A stretch of 20,000 bases of DNA from Limisphaerales bacterium (GTDB lineage: Bacteria > Verrucomicrobiota > Verrucomicrobiia > Limisphaerales > SIBE01), in the NCBI GenBank assembly GCA_044225505.1, contig JBGAIN010000021.1, positions 57,360-77,359 on the forward strand, read 5' to 3'. Of this stretch, positions 9,401-17,100 are shown piece by piece (the first letter of the stretch is position 1; each line of letters starts with the position of its first letter). Position numbers and translations under genes: made by a program. Under the pieces are notes generated by a model. That model was not told the origin of the DNA. It was given only the letters and a program-made list of their open reading frames with translations, and did no database searches.

Positions 9401-9422
9401 GAATACGTCGATACGTCTTCAT
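6417..9422 (-). CDS. Secreted multidomain surface protein (N-terminal jelly-roll-like domain, Ig, PA14, Ig, Big-like, ConA/DUF1349-like, C-terminal FYRL domain)
   Basis: Sec signal MKTYRRIRLLSALAALACAINIANA. Ig motifs QWRKNGQPIEGAT and QWTKNGADIPGAN. PA14 motif GWIKPSVTGDYHFFIASDDSSQLFL...KEGGGGDYVRVAW. Big-like DTFPP...VSFDKPV...YTLTVKNISD. ConA-like GGSGFW...DFDVVTQI...WARGGLQARE...WLRLARIGNHFRG. C-terminus ITIVWSG...LQSA...GPW...KFYRLK. Confidence 0.88.
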   Translation of the reverse strand: MKTYRRIRLLSALAALACAINIANAASIGVHFHGDSESEGNSTLAPNEEAGVVPQKNWNMSPSVPNSGFASALTDDAGQVTPVTLWYQGNDAWHSDGPTDTPNDRLMRGTLKTSAPGYDDPAFSILAGTMHLTWQNLEPGNYDVYLYIAENGAGAEGNFTVGSKTFYVTEISSFDGTFVAATSTNPDARDENANYVVWKDVPADAKGEILIVGFKNDRTNDGLGVTAVQIVKKSGKFTANTSPPAATSGPDDTVAVEGGTATFTVNMSGPWSVQWRKNGQPIEGATNRNGTISTYTTPNLTLADNGAKFDAVLSNNVGPTTTKVATVTVDAKTPPALTQGFLLGERWTDIGSDTGTGGIDTLKTAIAGGPANSTFYVSSAAAEQTSPDLSNFGQRLSGWIKPSVTGDYHFFIASDDSSQLFLNATAAASGTNALPDVNVEAPIVQEDGCCNAFPEPDAGTTRATSTPIHLEAGKLYGIVVLNKEGGGGDYVRVAWRISTDTTAAASLTAIPGANLWTMAVHAGARANITQQPQSATIVDGKTVVLKMNVATLPVANQFAVQWTKNGADIPGANATVYKTPKLTVADSGVKYAAKIIAVAGATNTADAVITVVPDTFPPVAAVGAINHGGEIQVGVSFDKPVSLASVGNQANYTLQGGTITGITVITNDTGAMLKTTGLTQGNTYTLTVKNISDTHTPANTLTSTNVTFKVPTTQWASIGKPTIPAAVVPVGDNGYDVISGGSGFWAAYDEVTFVYVPKTNDFDVVTQIIEQDPSSQWARGGLQAREVTDEGKSNDDVTGGYNFSAYREIHANPNSTDANQNLTSNNSFEANMRVGLKYNDGADNNTSGWGTGSNVAAPTYPDVWLRLARIGNHFRGARSVDGVNWLIIADNDWTNCPPVLLVGPGYSPENANAWNDPSLYKSYQIKYRNFGDYAPSTPGGGDTGSTFTSITRNGNNITIVWSGTAVLQSAADVTGPWTDVAGSSSPATVQPSEGRKFYRLK

Positions 9423-9506
9423 AAGGCTTGTTGTGATTTAATCAGGCGGGCTCGCAAATTACGTCTGTACGGAGGCCTACCTGACTGGGCAATGGATTTC
9501 GTGCGG

Positions 9507-9536
9507 ATTGTTTCCCTTCTGCTCGTGAAAAGTCAA
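9507..9536 (-). promoter_or_regulatory. Candidate sigma70-type promoter for the 1001-aa gene
   Basis: Minus strand TTGACT (9536-9531), 18-nt spacer, AACAAT (9512-9507), about 85 nt upstream of ATG 9422. The -10 match is weak. Confidence 0.35.
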
Positions 9537-9972
9537 CACTATTGTGGCCAAATGCGCTCGCCCGCGTGTGGTAGAGACTGAGTGGGATTAAGGAGGGTGG
9601 CTATGCTGCCAACCCAGCCGCTGTCAGACGGCCTTTTCAATGAGTTTTGGAGAAATGGAAGATGTCTCAGAGCGTCGTTCGTGGGGCTCAACCCGTCGAG
9701 CGCGCCAGAACCGCACTGGGCGAAAGATAATGTGGCTGAACTCAGCCACTGCCATCTGCCGCATCCGCTGGTATTTGGCTTGCCCCATCGACCCCTTCGG
9801 GCCCGGGACTAGGCTTGCGTTCATCGACATCAGGATGCCATCGCGAGGGGGCTCCATTGAAGTCCGAAGAACGTCATGGCCACCAACTCGTTTGTTGTTA
9901 GGCTTTTGCAGTTCGTTACGAGTTGGCGAGCCATCCGGTTCCGGGACCTGTCGATGATCCCCTCGGTCTCTA

Positions 9973-10374
9973 TCAGCGTGCCGGCGACGTTTGGGTCGGA
10001 AGCGTCGACAAAACCGGCGGTGCTTGAGGAGTCAAAGCGCGCTTGCGAAGCTTCGCGAAGACCGCCAGGTTAAAGAAGTGCATTCCGCCCAGCACCAGCA
10101 AGACAACGCCGATCTTGCTGCTCAGGAGTTCGAGGACACCTTGCAGATTGTCTGGCGTTTGCCCTTCCTTCAAAGCGAGTGTGACGTAGCCAATGTTGAT
10201 AAGATAAAATCCGACCAGAAGGAGATGATTGACCGAATCGGCGAGTGGCTCGTTTCCGCGAAAAGCGTCCACGAGAAAAATGCGGCCGTTTTTGTGCAAG
10301 GTCTTGGCGACCCAGACGGTCAATAGAACGCTGGCGGCGAGATAGGTGAGATAGGTCCAAACGATCGGTGTCAT
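9973..10374 (-). CDS. Small hypothetical integral membrane protein (about 3 TM helices)
   Basis: RBS GAAAGGA just before the ATG. Three hydrophobic segments. Conserved-looking motifs TLHKNGRIFLVDAF, LADSVNHLLLVGFYLINIGY and LGGMHFFNL; I recall this family lying next to GbsR/MarR regulators. Confidence 0.85.
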   Translation of the reverse strand: MTPIVWTYLTYLAASVLLTVWVAKTLHKNGRIFLVDAFRGNEPLADSVNHLLLVGFYLINIGYVTLALKEGQTPDNLQGVLELLSSKIGVVLLVLGGMHFFNLAVFAKLRKRALTPQAPPVLSTLPTQTSPAR

Positions 10375-10569
10375 AGGGTCCTTTCAGAGAGTTGGGGTTC
10401 TAGGTTTATGGCAGGTCGAGAAAGGGGATGGTGCGTCGGTTGGGGCGGTGTTGGTCGGGGCGGGGCGGAAAGCGTTGGTGGAAGAAGATGGCACAGAGCC
10501 ATTGGAGCGGGTGGAACCGGCGGAGAGCGAGAGGGAGGTGCGGCCGGTGCGCTACATTCGGATCAGTCC

Positions 10570-10587
10570 TTTCTGTATTCACAGAAA
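10570..10587. promoter_or_regulatory. Operator copy 2: TTTCTGT-N4-ACAGAAA inverted repeat
   Basis: TTTCTGT ATTC ACAGAAA has the same 7-bp arms and spacing as the palindrome at 11152-11169. It lies just after the regulator stop and upstream of the membrane protein gene. Confidence 0.75.
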
Positions 10588-10596
10588 TCCTTTGCT

Positions 10597-10618
10597 AAAA
10601 AAAGGGAGCCTAACTCCC
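10597..10618 (-). terminator. Short hairpin + U7 tract overlapping the regulator stop codon (weak terminator candidate)
   Basis: Minus strand GGGAGT-TAG-GCTCCC-TTTTTTT. The TAG stop forms the loop; the stem is only 5-6 bp. Confidence 0.4.
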
Positions 10619-11143
10619 AATGCCCAGGGTCTTGAGGACTCGGTCTCCCGTGCGCATGAACTTGACGAGCACGGAGGTGGGCCAGTTTCTTACTTGTGTG
10701 TACCAAGCGGTGGTTGTCTCGAAGAAATCGTTGAGCTTGCGTAGTTGGTTCTCGGTGTATTCGTCGGTCCCTCGGGAGCGCTCGGCTTCCTCAATGCATT
10801 CGCGAAGGACGCGGATGGTGGGATCGAGTTCACGCTTCTTGCGTTCGTTCAGGACGACGCGGAACATCTCCCAAACATCCGTCATGGACTCGAAATGGTC
10901 GCGCTTGTCTCCCATCACATGAACGAGTTTCACGATCCCCCAGCTTTGGAGTTCTTTGAGACTGTTGGAGACGTTCGAGCGTGCGACGGATAGGGTCTCA
11001 GCCAGTTCCTCGGCTGTGAGCGGGTGGGGAGAAATATAGAGAAGCGCGTGGATCTGGGCGACGGTTCGATTGATGCCCCAGCGTGTGCCCATTTCGCCCC
11101 AGTGAAGGACGAACTTTTGCTGGACTGGGGAGAGCGGGTTCAT
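10610..11143 (-). CDS. GbsR/MarR-family winged-helix transcriptional regulator
   Basis: FVLHWGEMGTRWGINRTVAQIHALLY...LTAEELAETLSVARSNVSNSLKELQSWGIV...GDKRDHF is the GbsR-like wHTH signature. Confidence 0.93.
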   Translation of the reverse strand: MNPLSPVQQKFVLHWGEMGTRWGINRTVAQIHALLYISPHPLTAEELAETLSVARSNVSNSLKELQSWGIVKLVHVMGDKRDHFESMTDVWEMFRVVLNERKKRELDPTIRVLRECIEEAERSRGTDEYTENQLRKLNDFFETTTAWYTQVRNWPTSVLVKFMRTGDRVLKTLGIGS

Positions 11144-11151
11144 ATCTGTCG

Positions 11152-11169
11152 TTTCTGTCTAGACAGAAA
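11152..11169. promoter_or_regulatory. Operator copy 1: perfect 18-bp palindrome TTTCTGTCTAGACAGAAA (autoregulatory site)
   Basis: Perfect palindrome 8 nt upstream of the regulator ATG, overlapping the candidate -10 box. Confidence 0.8.
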
Positions 11170-11194
11170 ATAGTGAATTCTTGCGCCTTTGCAA
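11167..11194 (-). promoter_or_regulatory. Candidate sigma70 promoter for the regulator
   Basis: Minus strand TTGCAA (11194-11189), 16-nt spacer, TATTTT (11172-11167), in an AT-rich divergent intergenic region. Confidence 0.45.
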
Positions 11195-11263
11195 GTGCTT
11201 TTTTCAATTTCCGTTATCTCTGTGCTCTTTTCAAAGTCCTTGTTCTGTGTCAAACCAACTCCC

Positions 11264-12184
11264 ATGCATTCCTCCCGGGCCTCTCTCTCACGCCGGAACT
11301 TCCTCATTCGCAGCTCACTCCTAACCGGAACGCTGGCCGCATTTCCAGACCGCCGGGCGGCCGCAGAGAAGGTCGACGGCGGTTCGCGGCTACCCGTCAT
11401 TGCCTTTTCCAAGCCTTTTCAGACGCTTACGGCGGTCCAGACCGCAGAGTTGGTGGCCACGGTTGGCTGGGATGGCATTGAGATTCCGGTTCGAGCGAAA
11501 GGCCAAATTGAGCCGGAACGTGCGCCGGAGGAACTGCCTCTCTTTTCCGAAGCAATGAAGCGTGAGCAGAAGGAGATTCTGCTGGTGGCGACCGATATCA
11601 CGTCACTCAAGACGCCTCACGCCGAGAAGGTCATGCGAACCATGGCCAAGCTTGGAATTCGCCGGCTGCGACTCGGGTTCTTTCCGTATCCGAAGGATCG
11701 GTCTCCGACGGAACGCCTTGGTGAGATTGAGCCGGCGCTGCGAGATATTGCGGCGGCCTGCCAAGAGCTCGGGTTGCAGGCGGGCTTTCAGAACCATTCG
11801 GGGATGTTCGTCGGAGCGCCTGTTTGGGATGTTTTTTCGATGATTCGATCACTAAATCCAAAGCACATTGGTTTTTGCTTCGATATTGGACACGCGACCG
11901 TGGAGGGCGGCCTGTCCTGGCCGATTGAAGCGAGGCTCGTGGAGTCGTTCTATACCGCGGTCCTGGTCAAGGACTTCTTCTGGAAAAAAGAATCGGACGG
12001 TTGGAAAGATTCGTGGTGTCCCCTTGGAGAAGGAATGGTCAACCGCTCATTTTTCGATCGCCTAAAGCGGACCTCTTTCGATGGGCCGATTTGCCAGCAT
12101 CACGAATATCCCCTTGGAGATCGCCTTGAGATGATCAGGCACTTTCAACAGGATCTTAAAGTATTGCGCGAATGGCTGGGCTAA
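11264..12184 (+). CDS. Tat-exported sugar phosphate isomerase/epimerase (AP endonuclease 2 / xylose isomerase-like TIM barrel)
   Basis: ATG 11264 gives MHSSRASLSRRNFLIRSSLLTGTLAA (twin-arginine SRRNFL). Family motifs GWDGIEIPVR, QNHSG, FDIGHA, VKDF, PLGEGMV, FDGPICQHHEY. Confidence 0.88.
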   Translation: MHSSRASLSRRNFLIRSSLLTGTLAAFPDRRAAAEKVDGGSRLPVIAFSKPFQTLTAVQTAELVATVGWDGIEIPVRAKGQIEPERAPEELPLFSEAMKREQKEILLVATDITSLKTPHAEKVMRTMAKLGIRRLRLGFFPYPKDRSPTERLGEIEPALRDIAAACQELGLQAGFQNHSGMFVGAPVWDVFSMIRSLNPKHIGFCFDIGHATVEGGLSWPIEARLVESFYTAVLVKDFFWKKESDGWKDSWCPLGEGMVNRSFFDRLKRTSFDGPICQHHEYPLGDRLEMIRHFQQDLKVLREWLG

Positions 12185-12244
12185 GTTCGCCTCAGGAACG
12201 CTTGGCCCTAGCGCTGGGCGGCAGCTGTGGAGGGTTATTCCCGC

Positions 12245-13957
12245 TTACTTGGCAGATCGCAGTTCCAAGGCGCGCAGCACGCGCAAGGGATGGTCTGTCT
12301 GAATCAAATCAATGCCCCAATCCAATGCTTTGAGGTAGTCGTCCACTGTCTCGTGATCTCCCAAGGCATCAGAAAAGACCTGGATTCCCAGGGCATGACA
12401 GCGAGCAATCAAGTCTCGCGAAAGCAGGCTCCAATCCGCGTCCACGGCGAACGGAGCGACGTGGTCAGCAATCTCCGCGAGTTGATCGGGAGATCGCAAA
12501 GGGGGCAGCGCACGGATCTTGGGAGCGAGTTTCTTAAGCCGGACTAAATAGGGGACCGATTGGTAAACGACGCTGTCTTCCAGTAGGGGAAATCGGTGGA
12601 GAACAGCCGCGAGCGCTTCCGGCGTAATGGCCTTGGCGTCAATGTAAAGCTTCATCCGCCCGGCTGCCGCCATAAAGAATTCTTCCAGAGTCGGTAAGTG
12701 CACGGCCGCAAACTGAGAGCTGAATTTTACGCCTGCGCTGAGCGCTTGGATCGCCTGCGCCGGGAGCGATGCGATCTCACCTTTTCCCTCGGTCGTATCA
12801 TCCAAGGTCGCGTCGTGCAGGAGAAAGAACTGGCCGTCGTTCGTGGTGCGAACGTCCAGTTCCACAAAATCTGCTTCCAGCCGGATGGCTTTGTCCAAGG
12901 CTGGCAATGTATTTTCCGGAGCATACCGATTGGCGCCGCGGTGGAGTGAAACGCGTACGGGACGTCGAGAAACGCGCCGCCACACGCCGTGGGCTACCAC
13001 TTCCTCGGGGAGATCAGTCTGGATCCAGTCCGCGCCAGCCTGGAATGCTCTCTCCCAGCTGGCAGGGTTGTCATTCCGCCCGAGGACATTCACCAGAACT
13101 TTTGTTCCCAACTCATGACAGGCATGGGCAGCGTCAAGGCTAAATTCGGCGGCATCGATTTCGACGGCTGTCAGGGCATTCGAAGCTATCCACGGTCTCA
13201 TGGGAAGAGTCGGAAGCCACTTGGCCATCAGAGCGATGCGGCCATGGGAGAGTTGTTGAATCGCCGTCAGTTCACTTGTCGGCGGAGAGACAACGACCTG
13301 ACGTTCCATCTGGGCCTCAAGGATTTCGGAAACGAGTGTTGCGACATCGATCGCATGACAATTCAACGACAAATTCAGCTTACCCTTGCACAAGACGAGC
13401 GCCTCGCGCAGCGACAGCAGATGTTCTCCGGTAAAACGACTGGCAAAAGCCGCACCGCANNNNNNNNNNNNNNNNNNNNNNNNNNNNNNNNNNNNNNNNN
13501 NNNNNNNNNNNNNNNNNNNNNNNNNGAGCTCGGCGAGAGTGTGTTCGGAGATTGGTGAGTCCGCCGCACTGCCAAGCGGCACGTGTGCGTTTTGAGCGAG
13601 CACGTGACGGCCATCTCGCGTGCGCCAAACGTCAACCGAAGCCCACTCGAGACCGTCTTCGATACAATGAATCAGCGCGGATCTCGAATTCGCCGGCGCT
13701 TGCCCAGCAGCTCCACGATGGGCGATGACTTGCAGCGGCCGACAGGGCCGGATCGGTTCATAGAACTCGAATCCGGGCGCGCCGATGCTGGGCGCTCCCG
13801 CGAACATGGCATAGATGAGGACCCAAAGCGTAGGGACTGGGCTAAGGTGCGACCGAGTCGCCCAGGCGACGACGCGGAGGGCGTGCCGCTGCCGTCTGAC
13901 TTTCGCTCGTCGATCGTTCGCCCGCGTTGCGACGTGAAACTCGTGAGACCGTGCCAT
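12245..13957 (-). CDS. Glycerophosphodiester phosphodiesterase family protein with two GDPD domains
   Basis: Domain 1: IAHRGAAGQAPANS...IQTDLP. Domain 2: LHRGANRYAPENTL...VELDVRTT...LLHD...IQTDHP. Hydrophobic segment before domain 1. Start uncertain (13996 TTG, 13957 ATG or later). Spans the N gap, so frame continuity is assumed. Confidence 0.85.
   Translation of the reverse strand: MARSHEFHVATRANDRRAKVRRQRHALRVVAWATRSHLSPVPTLWVLIYAMFAGAPSIGAPGFEFYEPIRPCRPLQVIAHRGAAGQAPANSRSALIHCIEDGLEWASVDVWRTRDGRHVLAQNAHVPLGSAADSPISEHTLAELXXXXXXXXXXXXXXXXXXXXXXCGAAFASRFTGEHLLSLREALVLCKGKLNLSLNCHAIDVATLVSEILEAQMERQVVVSPPTSELTAIQQLSHGRIALMAKWLPTLPMRPWIASNALTAVEIDAAEFSLDAAHACHELGTKVLVNVLGRNDNPASWERAFQAGADWIQTDLPEEVVAHGVWRRVSRRPVRVSLHRGANRYAPENTLPALDKAIRLEADFVELDVRTTNDGQFFLLHDATLDDTTEGKGEIASLPAQAIQALSAGVKFSSQFAAVHLPTLEEFFMAAAGRMKLYIDAKAITPEALAAVLHRFPLLEDSVVYQSVPYLVRLKKLAPKIRALPPLRSPDQLAEIADHVAPFAVDADWSLLSRDLIARCHALGIQVFSDALGDHETVDDYLKALDWGIDLIQTDHPLRVLRALELRSAK
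13460..13525. other. Assembly gap (66 N)
   Basis: Run of N in the sequence. Confidence 1.
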
Positions 13958-14125
13958 TGTCACTGGGAGTGTGCGAGGGGAGGGTAGATATGGCAAGATC
14001 CGGGTGAACGTGAACGCGAGAGCAGTATCCGGCAGCGGCCCTTTGCCGGAAGCGCTGGCTGATGTCGATCAAGGCACCGCACCGCCTCTTTGCCGGGCCT
14101 TGGCGCCGCGGGCGCGCTGTGTCGC

Positions 14126-17100
14126 TTACTTCGCGAGGGATTCGATCTTAGCGTTCAGTTCGTCGAGTGAAAAACCTTCGGCGCTCACGATTCCTTTGTG
14201 ATCTATTAGAATGAGCCAAGGGAGGTTTCCAAGGCTCGTTGCCCAATGACTGGCGTCCGAGACCGACGTTAGTCGGGCAAGGGGATACTCGAACGAGTAT
14301 GCCTCCCGCCAATCATTCCAAGCTTCATCGCTGGCCTGCGCGGTTTGGGCCACAGCGATGGCGACCCCTTGTTGGAGAAGCTCTTCTTGACGTTCTTTGA
14401 GCAGGCGGGCCATGCGTCGGGAAGGACGCTGTTGAATGTCGAGCAGGCAGAGCAGAAGCGGTCGATTGGCCGGTGCTGCATCCGAGGTGAACCCCAAAGT
14501 TGTTAGGTTCGGTAATGGTTTGCCGACGAGGGCAGAAACATTGGGACGGGAAGCTGGCGCGTGTTTTCGTCGGGCAGCTGTCCTACGGCTGGACTGGTCC
14601 ATTAGCACGAGTGAAATGTTGGTATCGCCTGCTTGCACTGTCGTTTGGGAAAACCCGGCCTGGCCGCTCGCGTAGAGGCGCACGGTTCCATCGCAGACTT
14701 TGAATTTGAAGCGTCCTTTGCTGTCGGTTTGCATGTTGACCTGAGGTTGGTCGTCAGATGAGACTTGAACGTAGATCCCAGCAATCGGTTTATCTTTGGC
14801 GTCCAGGACCCGCCCCGCAATGAGCTTGTCGGCCAATCGTAGAACAATGGGAGCCAAGTCGATGACGGATGTCTCTGACTCGCCAGGAAGACGCTGCGAC
14901 TTCTGGCTGTAGCCAGGCGCGCTGGCGTAGATCGTGTAGCGTTGACTGGTCGGCAGGGTAGTGAACGTGAAGCCACCCCGAGAATCCGTTGTCGTGGGAT
15001 CGTTGTCGATCTGACCACCCATGTTACCCGATTGCAGGATGAGATTGGCTGTGGCGTTTGGGACTGGCTTGCCGGCTGAGTCGACGATATGCCCTTTGAC
15101 CGTCCAAGCCTGCTCCAGTTGAACCGTAACGTTGGTGTTTTCGTCGACGAGTTCCTGAGCAATGGCAAGATTTCGGGTTCGATCACGAACCAGGAGCAGC
15201 GGATTGCCGTTCTGTCGTTGCCACGGCTCGACCACATAGCTCACCTTGAATGTCCCATCGGCTTCGGTCTTGGCCGGCATTGGCATGTGCATCGGAAAAA
15301 CTCGCACCTCCGCACCTGCGACCGGTTTGCCACCGGCATCGTTGGCTGTGCCGGCAAGCCTCTGAGGTTTTGCACCACCGTCGCCACCCCCCATTTGTTC
15401 TCCCAGTGTCAGCACGACGTTCGTATCACCGGCCTCAGCGGCGCGATTGGCAAACATGCGAGCACTATTCGCAAACAACCGGACTGTGCCTTCGCAAACG
15501 TCGAAGCTGAATCGACCTTCCGAATCGGTGCGAGTGTTGGCATTGGGTTGACCGTCGCCATGTATCTGGACCATGGCGGACGAGACGGGTTTGTCCTCAG
15601 GATCGACCAATTTGCCCGCCAGTTTGCGATCCGCACGTTTCAGTTCGACAGTGTCGAGTTCGACGCGTTTGGCCTCCTCCGCTTGTTGCCCAACGTCGAG
15701 GAATCGGGTTCCATAGCCTGGCGCGGAGCATTGAATGCCGTACTGGCGGCCCGGGGGAAGCGCGGGAATCTCCAACTCACCAGGAATCGAGGTGGGTTTT
15801 GCGAGTCCATTCACGTACATGCTCATGTTGCCCGAACGAAAAAGGAGCGCGGCGGCGGCGTTTGTCAACGGTTTGCCGTCAGATTGAATACGCAACGCGA
15901 ACGTGAGCGCCGGAGCGAGTTTCAACTCGTAGGATTCGGTTTCCGCGTCCACGTCTTGAGCTACCGCTAGGTTCTTTTCGGGATAGCGGACCACCAGGCA
16001 GGGAGACGCTTGGTCACCGCCGAATTGCTGTGGATTCCAATCAATTTCAAAACGTCCGTCTGCGCCGGTGAAGAACGGAGTTTGCTGCATGGAATAGTCG
16101 CCGAGCACTTGCACTGGAAGTTTCGTCCCAAGCTGGCCATCGGGCAGTCGGACAATGCCAGCAAGTTTGCGAGATTTTTCCAGTTCGATCTCGATGCGAT
16201 TGGTTTGGCTTGTTTGCACGGTTCCCGAAACATTCGATTGCTGGTAGCCCGTTTTGAACGCGACGACCTGATACTCGCCCGGGGGGAGTCTGAGAACGGC
16301 AATTCCATTGGTTCCAGCGATGGCGCCCGACTGGTAGCCCTCGCGGAAAACATTCACGTTGGATTCATGGAGCGGAGTGCCCTCTTTGCCAGCACGAACG
16401 GACACTTCCAATAACCCGCCGCGGGTTGCGGTCAAACGAACTCCGCGACTTACGCCCTTGCTTTCGACGGTCACAGAAACCGGTTCCGCAATCCATTCCG
16501 GCGTGGCATTGGTGCCAAAGGTTGCCTGGATCCGGTAAGCGCCTGGCGCGACAGTATCAAAGCGAAACGCGCCATTGTTTCCAGGGCGAATGGCGGGTGG
16601 AAGTGTGACAAAAGTGCCCGGTTGGGCTGGCAACAATCGAAGTTGGGCGATCGGGACGTTGCCAGAATCAGGAAAAGCAATGGTCCCCTCGATGCTCCCG
16701 GCTGGTTCGAGTATCAAGCGGATTCCCCCTTGTCCCGCCCTGAACGGGAGCGAATCAGGGCTGAGGAAGCCCGCATTCGCCCCGCGCAGAACCTTGCCTG
16801 GCGCTTCTGCAATTAACGCGGCTGTCGTGTTGGTCGGGAAGCCTTCCAGACGGAACGAACCGTCAGGGCCTGTCTTGGTGGTGAACACGCTGCGCGCGGG
16901 TTTATCAGCCAGGTAGCTGAAATTCCGGCTGCCATCAGCCGTCGTCGTTTCCAAATAGGCGGCCGAGACTGAGACTTGAGCGCCTGCGACCGGAGTTTCA
17001 GTCTCATCCAGGACCTGCCCAGCGAGAAACGAGGCTGGAGGCAGGACCACGGTTTGTTCGGTTCCGTTAGAAAGCGCGAATTGAATCCAGGTCGCAGCTA

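Noticed and set aside
9423..9540. Possible riboswitch (e.g. c-di-GMP) in the leader of the surface protein gene
   Set aside because: I could not find the conserved motif elements by eye; an Rfam scan would settle it.
9582..9957. Three short ORFs (76, 77 and 105 aa) in the intergenic region
   Set aside because: No recognisable family, no clear RBS, mutually overlapping. I looked for a DUF393/DCC-type gene and did not find it.
11189..11263. N-terminal extension of the isomerase ORF
   Set aside because: Covers the AT-rich promoter region; ATG 11264 places the Tat motif correctly.
14020..14125. GC-rich hairpins and a repeated CTTTGCCGG after the 1091-aa gene
   Set aside because: Short stems without a U tract; expected by chance at this GC content.
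15089..15970. 293-aa plus-strand ORF (likewise 8196-8936 and other nested ORFs)
   Set aside because: Antisense or alternative-frame shadows of strongly supported genes.
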